Shown here in pieces: positions 40,736-51,250 of a stretch of DNA of 64,000 bases (within the stretch, counting starts at the first letter, position 1; each line of letters begins with the position of its first letter). The notes beneath the pieces were generated by a model. That model ran no database searches. It saw only the letters and a program-made list of their open reading frames with translations, and was not told the origin of the DNA. Both the position numbers and the translations under genes were made by a program. Origin of the DNA: Candidatus Marinacidobacterales bacterium (GTDB lineage: Bacteria > Acidobacteriota > Vicinamibacteria > Marinacidobacterales > DATDRI01); contig CBDCNP010000001.1 in the NCBI GenBank assembly GCA_965219415.1, positions 64,001 to 128,000 of the forward strand, written 5' to 3'.

Positions 40736-41704
40736 ATGTTCACAACAAAGTCGTTTTCTCTGTTCCGAATACTCGCCGCCAGCTGGCTAGGGTTAGTGCT
40801 CGTTGGCTGCTCGTCGCCGGTCGAGGCACCGGTTGAGCCGGTTGAGGATGTTGCAACCGAACAGGCCCCCGAATCCCGAGACAAGTTCTTCGACTCCGAT
40901 GGAGTCCAGATTCACTACACCGACACGGGAGAGGGCGATCCGCTCGTTCTGATTCACGGCTTTGCTATGAACTGGAAGCGGATGGAGAGCGCGGGCGCCG
41001 TCGGCGGTCTGGCGGAGCGTGGATACAGGGTCCTCGCCATCGATGCGCGAGGCCATGGCGAGAGCGACAGACCCCAGGACCCTGCCGCCTACGGTGAGGA
41101 GATTCCGCTCGATGTGGTTCGGCTCATCGATCACCTCGGTTTCGAGCAAGCGTATGTGGTCGGCTATTCGATGGGAGCCATCGTTGCGAACAAGGTTCGA
41201 GCGCTGGCGCCTGCGAAGCTTCGCGCCGTGGTCATGGGTGGCGCAGGCTGGCAGAAGGAAGGTGGTACCGCGCTTCCGGGCATCACCTCACTCAAACTAG
41301 CGGAGAAGCTAGAGGAGACCGGCGACTTCAAATGGATGCTCGAGGAGTTCACCAAGGATCGGCAGCCGCCTGCTACCGAGGAAGAAATCGAAGAGCGAAA
41401 TCGGCGCATGATGGACGGTAACGATCCGTTGGCGCTGGCCGCCGTGCTGCGTGGATGGGACGGCTTCGCGGTGTCCGAGGAGAACCTCCGAGCGAACGAA
41501 GTCCCCGCCCTTGTCGTCGTGGGTGCGAACGATCCGCTGAAGGTCAAGGTCGACGACCTTGAGAAGGTCATGAGCAACTTGGAAGTGGTCGTGATTCCAG
41601 ACGCGGATCACGGGGCGCTCTCACATCCAGATTTTGTGAAGCACGTGGATGCTTTCCTCAGTAAGCATCCTCTGGCTTCTGAAGAGCCAGAAACGGATGA
41701 ATAA
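40736..41704 (+). CDS. Alpha/beta hydrolase lipoprotein (tandem paralog)
   Basis: Lipobox VLVGC, IHGF, GYSMG and DADH. Confidence 0.9.
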   Translation: MFTTKSFSLFRILAASWLGLVLVGCSSPVEAPVEPVEDVATEQAPESRDKFFDSDGVQIHYTDTGEGDPLVLIHGFAMNWKRMESAGAVGGLAERGYRVLAIDARGHGESDRPQDPAAYGEEIPLDVVRLIDHLGFEQAYVVGYSMGAIVANKVRALAPAKLRAVVMGGAGWQKEGGTALPGITSLKLAEKLEETGDFKWMLEEFTKDRQPPATEEEIEERNRRMMDGNDPLALAAVLRGWDGFAVSEENLRANEVPALVVVGANDPLKVKVDDLEKVMSNLEVVVIPDADHGALSHPDFVKHVDAFLSKHPLASEEPETDE

Positions 41705-41730
41705 GGCGGCGGTTTCACCAGGAGAATGAG

Positions 41731-42702
41731 ATGAAGGCGATCATCTGCCACCAGTACGGCTCGCCGGATGTTCTCGAGCTCCAAGAAATCGACAAGCCGG
41801 TCGTCAAGGAAGATGACGTGCTGGTACGAGTTCACGCGGCGTGCGTGAATCCAGCCGACTGGCACTTTCTGAAAGGCACGCCGTACCTCGTACGGTTAAT
41901 GACGGGTGGGCTGCTCAAACCAAAACACAACATCCCGGGAATTGATATGGCCGGGCAGGTTGAGGCCGTCGGCGGAAACGTGAAGCAGTTTCAGCCAGGC
42001 GATGAAGTATTCGGCGGGGGTGGCGGGGCCTTTGCGGAGTATGCCTGCCTTTCCGAAGATGCCCTAGTCCTGAAACCGGCCAATCTGACGTTCGAGCAAG
42101 CTGCGGCCGTACCTATCGCGGCGTACACCGCCCTGCAGGGTCTTCGTGACAAAGGACAGATCAAGTCAGGGCAAAAGGTTCTGATCAACGGTGCATCGGG
42201 AGGCGTGGGCACGTTTGCGGTGCAGATTGCCAAATCGTACGGGGCCGAAGTGACGGGCGTGTGCAGCACGAGGAACGTCGACATGGTCCGATCGATAGGC
42301 GCAGACCACGTCATCGACTACACCCAAGAAGACTTCACCCAAAGTGGGCAGCGCCACGATCTGATTCTCGATGCAGTGGGGAATCGTTCGTTGTCAGACA
42401 GCAGGCGCGCATTGAAGCCCAAGGGGGTTTATGTAGCAGCCGCCGGGGGGCTGGAGGGTGATTGGCTCGGACCTCTGATTTGGATGTTCCAAATACTCCT
42501 GGCTTCGCTGACCGGGAGCCAAAAAATGGTTCTGGTGATGGCGGAACAAACCAAGAGCGACCTCCTTGTTCTGAAGGAGCTTCTCGAAGCCGGAAAAGTC
42601 ACTCCGGTCATCGATAGACGGTACAAGTTGAGCGAGGTCCCTGAGGCTCTCCGGTATCAGGGAGAAGGGCACGCCCAAGGAAAAACCGTCATCACCTTTT
42701 GA
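41731..42702 (+). CDS. NAD(P)-dependent MDR oxidoreductase (quinone oxidoreductase-like)
   Basis: YGSPDVL, VNPAD, INGASGGVG and PVIDRRY motifs. Confidence 0.92.
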   Translation: MKAIICHQYGSPDVLELQEIDKPVVKEDDVLVRVHAACVNPADWHFLKGTPYLVRLMTGGLLKPKHNIPGIDMAGQVEAVGGNVKQFQPGDEVFGGGGGAFAEYACLSEDALVLKPANLTFEQAAAVPIAAYTALQGLRDKGQIKSGQKVLINGASGGVGTFAVQIAKSYGAEVTGVCSTRNVDMVRSIGADHVIDYTQEDFTQSGQRHDLILDAVGNRSLSDSRRALKPKGVYVAAAGGLEGDWLGPLIWMFQILLASLTGSQKMVLVMAEQTKSDLLVLKELLEAGKVTPVIDRRYKLSEVPEALRYQGEGHAQGKTVITF

Positions 42703-42707
42703 GGCAA

Positions 42708-42789
42708 GGGGTCAGACCCCCCGTTACTTTTGGTTACAAAATGCCCACTTTTAGATCCGACCCCAGTAATAGTGCCGGGGTCAGACCCC
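42708..42789. repeat. Two GGGGTCAGACCCC REP-like palindromes between convergent genes
   Basis: At 42708-42720 and 42777-42789, plus a degenerate copy near 42753. Confidence 0.6.
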
Positions 42790-43788
42790 CGGTTCTGTGA
42801 TGTGGCGGGCGGTTTGGGCGGGGGTCAACTCGAGGCTGCCCTCGTGAGCTTTCAAGGCATGATGGGGCATCTCGCCTACGAGGCAAGTCTCTCTTTTCTG
42901 CACGATGACGGATGCGCCCTCGCGTGCCAGGAGCTTGACGCCTTCGACGCCGTCTCTTCCTTCTCCGGACAGGACGATGGCGCACGAGGTCTCGGGTCGC
43001 GCCGCTGCGGCGGAACGAAAGAGTGCGGCGATCGAGGGTCGGTGCCCACCCACCATCCGGCCTCGTTGGGGCGCGACGGAATCGGGGCCATCGACCACTA
43101 GGTGAGCGTCTTCCGGCGCGAGGTAGATGGTTCGTGGCGCCAGCTTCTGTCCCTGCTCACAAACCTCCACGCGGAATCCTGTTTCCCCCGACAACCAGCG
43201 CACGTATCCTTTGAGGAATCCGGGCGCCAGGTGCTGGACCACACAGATCGATCCGGCGAACGACTCGAGTAGGCGGCGAAGAATCTCGGTCGTGGCCTGA
43301 ATGCCTCCCACCGCGCCACCGAAGAGAATCAAGGATGGCGTGGCTCGAGCCGACTGGGTTGCGGCGAGTGGCGTCGGGCGGGCGGGCACTCCCATGGCGA
43401 GGCACGATCGAGCGGCGAGCTCGATGCGCTTCACCAAGCCCCGGGTCACGTCGCCCTCGCACTCGGGTGACGCCCGCTTCACTAGATCCACGGCTCCCTC
43501 GTCCAGGGCGACGAAAGCCAAATCCTCTTCGTCCGAGCTCGGCTGCGTGGTAATCAAAATCCGAGACGGAGCGTGCTCCATGATCTGACGGGTGGCTAGA
43601 GCCGCACGCAATACCGGAAGGCCCGCGTCCATCAAGATGACATCCGGCTTCAAACGATGGGCGAGCACGATCGCCTCTTCTCCGTTACGGGCCACTCCCA
43701 CCGACTCGGCGACGCCCGATTGCTTGAGGGCGAGAGATAGGAAGTTGGCTTGGAAAGGAGAACCCTCTGCTATCAGCACTCGTATCAT
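42781..43788 (-). CDS. cheB: CheB-like receiver + methylesterase domain protein with degenerate catalytic Ser
   Basis: REC (VILMD), VVQHL, HRPSI and GRDG motifs; GASTGG replaced by GGAVGG. Confidence 0.8.
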   Translation of the reverse strand: MIRVLIAEGSPFQANFLSLALKQSGVAESVGVARNGEEAIVLAHRLKPDVILMDAGLPVLRAALATRQIMEHAPSRILITTQPSSDEEDLAFVALDEGAVDLVKRASPECEGDVTRGLVKRIELAARSCLAMGVPARPTPLAATQSARATPSLILFGGAVGGIQATTEILRRLLESFAGSICVVQHLAPGFLKGYVRWLSGETGFRVEVCEQGQKLAPRTIYLAPEDAHLVVDGPDSVAPQRGRMVGGHRPSIAALFRSAAAARPETSCAIVLSGEGRDGVEGVKLLAREGASVIVQKRETCLVGEMPHHALKAHEGSLELTPAQTARHITEPGV

Positions 43789-43876
43789 ATCGGCACAACA
43801 CGAAATCCCCATGGGGGGGTGGGGTGCCGATAGTAGGCAAGGTCGGCCCCCCGAGTCAAGGACGTCTCAAGGGCCT

Positions 43877-44200
43877 TTATTCGGATTCTTCTTCTGGCTT
43901 GGATAGGCCAAGGTGTGTCCAAACGTCGGTGCCCACCCTAGACTCGAAAACCGCTGCTTGAGACTTGATTCCCCCGATGTTTTCGTCGAGGCCGATCCGT
44001 TCCACGCGGTGCATGGGGAAGAACACCGTCGATAGACCCATCGTTCCTTCGCCCTTCGCCACTTCACGGATCCAATCTTCGAAGGAATTCAGATCGATCC
44101 CCCTGACGTTCACGCCGGCGCCATCGATGGAGAGCATGATGCCCCAATATTTCTCGCGGGGGTTCTGGAGGTTGACGACGATCGGAGCGTGCTTCTTCAC
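43877..44200 (-). CDS. Conserved hypothetical protein
   Basis: AGGAGG RBS and GTGA overlap with the aminotransferase stop; PREKYWG and FFPMHRVER. Confidence 0.75.
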   Translation of the reverse strand: MKKHAPIVVNLQNPREKYWGIMLSIDGAGVNVRGIDLNSFEDWIREVAKGEGTMGLSTVFFPMHRVERIGLDENIGGIKSQAAVFESRVGTDVWTHLGLSKPEEESE

Positions 44201-45405
44201 GACCGGTTTCCCTCCTGGCGTTTCTTGAAAAACCGATGCATGCGCTGGATTCCCTCTTCGATCTGCTCGCGTGAAGTAGAAAACGAGACCCGGAAGTGCC
44301 CTTCGCAATCAAAAGCCAAGCCGGGCACGACGGCGACGTGTTCCTCTTTTAAGAGAAGCGCTGCGAGGTCGGTTGCGCTCTTGACCTCCCCACCCAAGAA
44401 GACCTTGAACGAAGGAAAGAGATAGAAACTACCCTTCGGCTCGACACAAGTGACTCCCGGGATCTCGAGGAGTCCGGAGCGCAGACGGTCTCGCCGCCAT
44501 CGGTATTCGTCCAACATCGTCTGCAGCGCGGATTGATCGCCTTGGAGAGCTTCGAGTGCCGCTCGTTGCGAGATCGACGAAGCGTTCGAGGTCATGTGGC
44601 TCTGGAGCTTGGCGCACCCGGAGATAACGTGTTGGGGACCCATCGCCCAGCCCAGCCGCCAACCGGTCATCGCATACGACTTCGAAGCCGTGCCGGCGAT
44701 GACAAAGCGGTCCCCTACTTTCTCGCGCAGCGTCTGCAGTGCCTCCGAAGGCATGGGCTCGTAGCTGAGCTTCCCGTAGGTATCGTCCCAAAGAATGTAG
44801 AAGCCACGTTCGGCGGCGAGCTCGCCCAAGGCCAGGAAGTCTTCCGCTTCCAGAACCGCCCCCGCGGGGTTCGAGGGAGAGTTCAAGAGAATAACCTTGG
44901 TTTGTGGAGTGACGGCCGCACCGACCAGCTCCGCAGAGATCCGAAAGTCTTCCGATTCTCTCGTCTCTACGAACACCGGCTTGCCCTCGACCAACCGAAC
45001 TTGCTCGGAGAACGTCTTCCAATGAGGATTGGGAATGACCACTTCGTCTCCCGGGTCGAGGAGCGTCATCATCAAGCCGAAGAGCGCGTGCTTCCCGCCG
45101 TGGGTGACGATGACTTCCGAAGGCTCGAACTCGAGGCCATAGTCGCTCCGGTAGCGTTCGCAAATCGCCTTCCGAAGCTCCGGGATGCCGGGGTTGACGG
45201 TGTAGCGGGTGAAATTCTCGCGTATGGCTTTTTGGCCGGCTTCTTTGATGGGCTCCGGAGTGGTGAAATCGGGCTCGCCGGCTCCGAAGTCAACGACCTT
45301 CACGCCTTCGGCACGAAGCCGGGTTGCCTCCGCCATGACCGCCATCGTCGGCGAGGGCGAGAGGTGAGAGAGGCGACGAGCCAGGCTCGGCCCGGTGAGT
45401 TTCAT
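44197..45405 (-). CDS. aspC: PLP-dependent class I/II (aspartate-type) aminotransferase
   Basis: GEPDF, NSPSNPAG and SKSYAMTGWRLG motifs. Confidence 0.92.
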   Translation of the reverse strand: MKLTGPSLARRLSHLSPSPTMAVMAEATRLRAEGVKVVDFGAGEPDFTTPEPIKEAGQKAIRENFTRYTVNPGIPELRKAICERYRSDYGLEFEPSEVIVTHGGKHALFGLMMTLLDPGDEVVIPNPHWKTFSEQVRLVEGKPVFVETRESEDFRISAELVGAAVTPQTKVILLNSPSNPAGAVLEAEDFLALGELAAERGFYILWDDTYGKLSYEPMPSEALQTLREKVGDRFVIAGTASKSYAMTGWRLGWAMGPQHVISGCAKLQSHMTSNASSISQRAALEALQGDQSALQTMLDEYRWRRDRLRSGLLEIPGVTCVEPKGSFYLFPSFKVFLGGEVKSATDLAALLLKEEHVAVVPGLAFDCEGHFRVSFSTSREQIEEGIQRMHRFFKKRQEGNRS

Positions 45406-45412
45406 GGCCGTC

Positions 45413-45901
45413 TTACCGCTGAGCCAGCCTGTCGATCAGGAGGCGTTCGACTCCAGCCGGCACCAGACCGGTGACCGATCCACCCAACCCTGCCACTTCC
45501 TTCACCAAGCGTGAGCTCACGTAGGAGTACTCCTCGGCAGGCATCATGAACACAGTCTCGATCGAAGGGGCGAGTCGACGATTCATCAGCGCCATCTGAA
45601 ACTCGTACTCGAAGTCGGAAATGGCCCGGATGCCTCGAACGATGGCGGTCGCGTTCTTGTTCTTCGCGTAGTCCACCAGCAAACCGCTGAACGCATCCGC
45701 TTCGACGTTGTCCCGATCGGCGAAGGTTTCTTCGATCATATCGATCCGCTCCGCGACCGAGAAAACCGGATCTTTTTCCGCGTTCTCCAAGACCGCCACC
45801 ACGATCTTATCGAAGAGCCCGCTCCCGCGGGCGATGATGTCCACGTGCCCCATCGTAAGTGGATCGAAAGAGCCCGGGTATATCGCGGTTCGAATCGCCA
45901 T
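45413..45901 (-). CDS. coaD: Pantetheine-phosphate adenylyltransferase
   Basis: YPGSFDPLTMGH, RGIRAISDFEYE and SSRLVKE motifs. Confidence 0.96.
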   Translation of the reverse strand: MAIRTAIYPGSFDPLTMGHVDIIARGSGLFDKIVVAVLENAEKDPVFSVAERIDMIEETFADRDNVEADAFSGLLVDYAKNKNATAIVRGIRAISDFEYEFQMALMNRRLAPSIETVFMMPAEEYSYVSSRLVKEVAGLGGSVTGLVPAGVERLLIDRLAQR

Positions 45902-45955
45902 GTGGGGAAACCCGGCGCAGTCTAACATGGCCCCGCGGCCCGGACAAACCAGCGT

Positions 45956-46519
45956 TCAAGGCGCGGGTTCAAAGAACGTCAGGCAGCTTTCGCCGGCCCT
46001 TACCTCACGGACCCTGGCGAGGCCCTCATAGGAATCGGCTAGCGGCGTCTTATGATGATGCTCCAGGATGACGAGCCCCCCTGGTTTCGCAAGAGACGCG
46101 GCGCCGATCTTCTGTAGGAGCTCGGCGTGGACGTCGGCCCGGTACGGAGGATCGAGAAGCACCAGGTCGAAAACCTCGTGACCGCCGGCGAGGAACTTGA
46201 TCGCCGACTCGGCGTCCCGTTGCAGGAGCTCCGCCTGTTCTGTGAGCTGGAGCCTCTCGAGATTCTTCCGAATGGCGTTTGCCGCGGCGCGATTTCGCTC
46301 GACGAACGTGACGTGAGACGCCCCTCGAGATAGAGCTTCCAGGCCAAGCGCTCCCGCTCCCGCGAAGAGATCCAAGACACGCGCATCGGGAAGCTTGGGC
46401 GCCAAGATATCGAAGAGCGATTTCTTGAGCCTCCCGCCGGTGGGTCTCGTCTTCCTGCCCGAGGGAGCCGCGATGTGCATTCCGCGAAACTTGCCGCCCC
46501 CGATCTTCATGACCTTCAT
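45956..46519 (-). CDS. rsmD: 16S rRNA m2G966 methyltransferase
   Basis: TRPT, LDLFAGAGALGLEALSRGA and DPPY motifs. Confidence 0.94.
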   Translation of the reverse strand: MKVMKIGGGKFRGMHIAAPSGRKTRPTGGRLKKSLFDILAPKLPDARVLDLFAGAGALGLEALSRGASHVTFVERNRAAANAIRKNLERLQLTEQAELLQRDAESAIKFLAGGHEVFDLVLLDPPYRADVHAELLQKIGAASLAKPGGLVILEHHHKTPLADSYEGLARVREVRAGESCLTFFEPAP

Positions 46520-46529
46520 GACCTCTATG

Positions 46530-48626
46530 TCAGCCGGCGGTAGCCAACCCAAACTTTTCGCCCCAGGCCGCTACCACATAGTTCACGATCCGATCGGTTT
46601 CCTCGGTGCGCGGAGAGGATAGAAGCTCTTCGGCTTCCTGACGCGCCACCTCGAGAAGCTCTCGATCCCGAACCACGTCGGCGACTCGAAACAAGGGAGC
46701 GCCCCATTGGCGAGTCCCGAAATAATCCCCTGGCCCGCGAATATCCAGGTCGCGCTCGGCGATCACAAAACCGTCGTTGGTCTCCGCCATCGCCTGGAGG
46801 CGGCGCTCGCCTTCCGGAGTCAGGGGCGGGTGGTAGACGAGTACGGCGGCGGATGGAGCCGTGCCTCGGCCAACGCGACCCCGGAGTTGATGGAGTTGGG
46901 AGAGACCAAAGCGTTCCGCCTGCTCCACGACAACGAGTGTCGCATTGGGCACGTCGACCCCGACCTCCACGACCGTCGTCGCCACGAGGATGTCGACTTC
47001 GCCCGCGGCGAAGGCGGACATGGCTTGCGCCCGCTCGGCGGAACCCAGTTTTCCATGAGCCAAAGCCACCCGGCGATGGGAAAAGGGGCCTTTCTGCAGG
47101 AAGCCGTGGGTCTCGACGGCCGCCTCGAGGTCCATCTTCTCGGACTCTTCCACCATCGGACAGATGAAGTAGACCTGATGGCCGGCGGCCACCTCTTCTT
47201 CCATGAGGCGGTGGACCTCCCCCAGCTGCCCCTTCTTCATCAATAGTGTGCGCACCGTAGGTCGACCGGGGGGCAGCTCGTTCAAGACCGAGTGGTCGAG
47301 GTCCCCATAAAGCGCCATGGCCAAGGAACGCGGTATGGGAGTCGCGGTCATGACCAGCAGGTCGGGCGCGTAGCCCTTGGCACGTAGCTCCGCCCGTTGC
47401 AGCACGCCGAAGCGATGCTGCTCGTCGACGATGGCCAGTCCCAGCTCCTTGAACCCGACACTTTGCTGAATCAACGCGTGCGTGCCCACGACCAGGTTCA
47501 CCGCGCCGCTAGCGATGTCGCCCAGGAGCTCTTCGCGATCCGCTCGACCGAGAGCGGAAGTCAGGAGCGCAACGCGGTATCCACTTCGCGCCAGAACCCG
47601 CTGGATATTAGAGAAGTGTTGCTCCGCCAAGACTTCGGTAGGAACCATCAGAGCTACTTGAGCGCCATTCTCGATCACGATGATCGAGGCGATGACAGCT
47701 ACTATCGTCTTCCCCGAGCCTACGTCGCCCTGGAGCAGACGCTGCATGGATCGTTCTGATGAAAGCTCGTCGGCAAGGGTCTTCGACACCTTCTTTTGCG
47801 CTTCAGTTAGGCGAAATGGCAGGCTTAGCCGCACCTTTTCCCGGATACGGTCGTCCACTGGAAAGGGGCGCGGCTTGGAGAGGCCGGATGCGGCTCGCCG
47901 GCGGAGCCCCAGACCCAAGGAAAACAAGAAGAGCTCTTCGAAGATGAGCCGCTTCTGTGCCGGAGCACGGAACTCATTGTAAAGCTCGAGCGGAACACCT
48001 TCCTCGGGAAAGTGCGCGAGCGTCACCGCTTCCCGCCGCGGCGGAAGTTTATGACGTTCACATATCGAGTCGGGCAAGAGTCCGGGCACCTCGGGAGGCA
48101 GGCTCTCGACCAGCGAATGGCAGATCCGACGAAGCATTCTCGGGCTGAGCGGCCCGACTCGTTCGTAGACCGGCACGATGCGGCCGGTGTGGGTCGGTTC
48201 GAAATCGCCTTCCTCGACGAGCTCGTATTGAGGACTCTTGAGCTCGAGGCCGCCGCCACGGCGAGAGAGCTCCACTTTGCCGTAAAGGAGAACCTGCCGG
48301 CCCGGTTCAAGAATGTCTTTGAGGTACTCCTGATTGAACCAGATCGCTCGAATTGGACCGGTGTCGTCCTCGACCATGGCCTCCAACACCTTGAAACGAG
48401 GACGGCGGGTCCGCTTTACGTGGACACCGACCACCGTCGCTAGCACCGTGGCGTCTTCTCCCGGTCGCAGTTCGCCGATCGGCCGGACACGGCTGCGGTC
48501 CTCGTAACGGAAGGGCAAATAGAGCAGGAGATCGGAGACCGTTGTGATCCCGATCGCCGCCAGTGCCTCGGCTTTGCGAGGGCCGACCCCTTTTACGAAC
48601 TGAACCTTGGAGGAAAGCTCAAGCAT
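46530..48626 (-). CDS. recG: ATP-dependent DNA helicase RecG
   Basis: LLQGDVGSGKT, DEQHRFG, TATPIPR and QLHQLRGRVGRG motifs. Confidence 0.97.
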   Translation of the reverse strand: MLELSSKVQFVKGVGPRKAEALAAIGITTVSDLLLYLPFRYEDRSRVRPIGELRPGEDATVLATVVGVHVKRTRRPRFKVLEAMVEDDTGPIRAIWFNQEYLKDILEPGRQVLLYGKVELSRRGGGLELKSPQYELVEEGDFEPTHTGRIVPVYERVGPLSPRMLRRICHSLVESLPPEVPGLLPDSICERHKLPPRREAVTLAHFPEEGVPLELYNEFRAPAQKRLIFEELFLFSLGLGLRRRAASGLSKPRPFPVDDRIREKVRLSLPFRLTEAQKKVSKTLADELSSERSMQRLLQGDVGSGKTIVAVIASIIVIENGAQVALMVPTEVLAEQHFSNIQRVLARSGYRVALLTSALGRADREELLGDIASGAVNLVVGTHALIQQSVGFKELGLAIVDEQHRFGVLQRAELRAKGYAPDLLVMTATPIPRSLAMALYGDLDHSVLNELPPGRPTVRTLLMKKGQLGEVHRLMEEEVAAGHQVYFICPMVEESEKMDLEAAVETHGFLQKGPFSHRRVALAHGKLGSAERAQAMSAFAAGEVDILVATTVVEVGVDVPNATLVVVEQAERFGLSQLHQLRGRVGRGTAPSAAVLVYHPPLTPEGERRLQAMAETNDGFVIAERDLDIRGPGDYFGTRQWGAPLFRVADVVRDRELLEVARQEAEELLSSPRTEETDRIVNYVVAAWGEKFGLATAG

Positions 48627-48683
48627 TCTTCGAGCTCCCCATTCGGGGAGCGATGTGGTCTTGGTGGGCGGGTCGGTTCGACT

Positions 48684-49376
48684 TCAATGAGCCGACGAAC
48701 CAAATTGTGTCGCCTCGTCTACCCGCATCGGCCCTTGTCTCAGGATGAGCTTCCCCTTTCGAACCCTGGCACTGACTATTCCGTACGGCAACGGAAAGGG
48801 GTCGTCGATGCGGACACCCTCGGGCAACGCTGGATTCTTGGAGTTGGCGGCGACGAGCCTCTTGACCAACGACCTGGGGACGGGAATGCCGGCTAGCGTC
48901 ATGCGCTCCAACTCCACCTGCCCGACGCCATTCTCGGCGAACACTTGCATCAGCACCCCGACCTGGATCGGCCCCTCGAGATAGCGCGCCAAGTAGGAGT
49001 CTTTCAAGTACGCACCCAGGAGGCTTCCGTCTAGCAGGGCTCCCCCGTGGATCTGATCGACGTCGAAACGAACCCAGGGATTGGTCACCTCCGGGGGTAG
49101 TAGCTCAGCTACTCGATAGACCAGGTAGGCGTTCGCTTCTTCTTCGCTGACGTTGAAACGCTTCGGGGTCTCCGCGCCATCGGCGTGCCGGGTGCGCATT
49201 TGCTCGAGCTTCCGGTTGAGCGATTCGACGGAGGAGGGATCCGGGTTTTTGGCGTCCTTGGTCGCGTCTTCCGTGGATTGCCGAGGCGTGGATTGCCGAG
49301 GCAGAATCGAGGCTCCCGCCAGACCCATGGCCGCGACCATCACGAGTGGGACGAGTGGTGCCCCCCGAATCCTCAT
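48684..49376 (-). CDS. Hypothetical exported/membrane-anchored protein
   Basis: N-terminal hydrophobic segment; co-oriented upstream of recG. Confidence 0.7.
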   Translation of the reverse strand: MRIRGAPLVPLVMVAAMGLAGASILPRQSTPRQSTEDATKDAKNPDPSSVESLNRKLEQMRTRHADGAETPKRFNVSEEEANAYLVYRVAELLPPEVTNPWVRFDVDQIHGGALLDGSLLGAYLKDSYLARYLEGPIQVGVLMQVFAENGVGQVELERMTLAGIPVPRSLVKRLVAANSKNPALPEGVRIDDPFPLPYGIVSARVRKGKLILRQGPMRVDEATQFGSSAH

Positions 49377-49472
49377 GGGCCATACTACTCAAGGCTTTCC
49401 AGGATGAGCAAACCGCTGGCGGGGTAATTGAGGTTGGCTTCCTTCCTTTAATCCCTCTCCTCTAGGTGAGGA

Positions 49473-51150
49473 CTAGGGATGGGTCGCCTTCAGCCTTTCG
49501 AGAAACTCCTGAGTGTCCTGGTCCTCTTGATCCAGCGACGCCGCTTTCTCCGCGTGGATGAGAGCCATATCGTGCTGGCCCTTGGCTTCGTAGACCTCGG
49601 CGAGCCGGAGATGGGTCGAAGCATCCTCGCGGTTCCACAGTACGACATGGAGCTCGGAAGCGGCCTTGTCGAACTCACCGCCCTCTCGGTACAACCTCGG
49701 CAAGCTCTAACCGGACCTCTGCCGAGTGAGGGGCGAGGTAGACGGCCCGCGCCAGCTCACGGGCGGCCCCGGGGAGGTCGCCCGACTCTCGAAGCGACCT
49801 TGCTTCCTCCAGTATTTTTTCGGGATCGTCATCCTGAGGTTCTTCTGGCTCGGCGGCGGCCACCGGGGCATTTTTGATGGGCCCACTAGCATCGATAGGC
49901 GCAGTGGGCGGCGACGCCGGAAAACGGTAGCTCGCAAGTGCGTGGGTAACCGCTCGACGACGCGCTCCACGCTTCCGACCGACTCCTCATCGATTTCGGC
50001 GAGCTCGGGAGACAAAGAAAGCGCCACACCGCGTTGCCTCGCGGCCTCCTCCGGGTCGTCCGCGTCCGCGGCTATTCCGGGTCGTCCGCGTCCGCGGCTA
50101 TTGATGATAGAAGGAGAAAAGCCTCTGCGTCCTCGGGCTCGATCTGCGTCGCCGTCGTCAGCCAATGACGCGCCTCGTGCTTGCGGTCGAACCGCCACGC
50201 GCGCCAGCCCATATTAAAAGGATAGGGATCCGTGTATGGCTCGAGCTCCGCCGCTTCACGAAAGGCGTCCACGGCCTCTTCGAGCTCTCCCCTTCGGAAA
50301 TAGGCGACTGCCAGGTTGTTCAGAAAACAAGCCACTTTCTCCTGCTCGGCCAAGCGGCTAAAGATGTCGACCGCCAGCCGCGTTCGATCCGCCTCCAAGT
50401 AAGCAACCCCCATCGTGAAGATAGGCCTCACGATAGGTGGGGTCTTCAGGGGGGTATCGTTGAGAGCACCTCGACGGCTCGCTCGACGTCATTTTGTTCG
50501 AGTAGGACCTGGCCCAAGAGAAGCGCCGCATCGGCGAAGTCGGGAGAGATGGCGAGTGCGCTCTCCAAGAGCTCCCGGCGCTTCGTCGGAGAGTCGACTG
50601 TTTTCGCGCGGATATAATCCTCGTACGCTTCGACCGAAAGCCCCTTCCTTCGTTCGACCGCCAACCCGTGCGCCTCGGGGACCCGTCCTCCGTCCAACCG
50701 CAGAAGATTCTTCGCGAGCTGATTCTCAACCTCGAGCAAATCCCTGAGTTCCCCGTAGTCTTCGATCACACCCAGCTTGTCGCCCGTCGCGACCTCGATG
50801 ACTTGCGCCGTGACATCGAGTCGTCCGTCTTTGTCCCGGAAAGTTCCCCGGACCACGCGGTCGGCGCCTACCTCTTCGCCCATCTCCATCAATACCGCCA
50901 ACGTCAGTGGCGCGCCGTTTTCTATTCCTTTTTGACGAAGGAATTCCTGCCAATCCTTGGGGCTGACGACGTCGTGACCAGCTAAACCCAGATGAGACGA
51001 CAAAGATTCGGCGATCGCGTCACCCACCCAGCCGTGGGTTCCTTCGGAAGAGAGGTTGTCGAAGGGCACTACCATCGTGCGGATGGGTGCAGCCAGGAGA
51101 AGCGTAAGCGTTAAGGGAAGAGCGAGCGAGATGGACCTCCTCGTAACGTC
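49473..51150 (-). pseudogene. TolB-N/FlgO-like + TPR repeat protein, multiply frameshifted
   Basis: VVPFDNLS and TPR repeats (NNLAVAYF, HLRLAEVY) spread over several frames; 26-bp tandem duplication at 50050-50101; start approximate. Confidence 0.8.
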
Positions 51151-51250
51151 AATCTAGTCTCTGTCTTCGAGTCCCTTCATTATACATGTTGGTCCCTGCG
51201 GGGCGAACGGAGTGGCGGGTAGCCAGAATACGGATGGGGATTTATAATTA

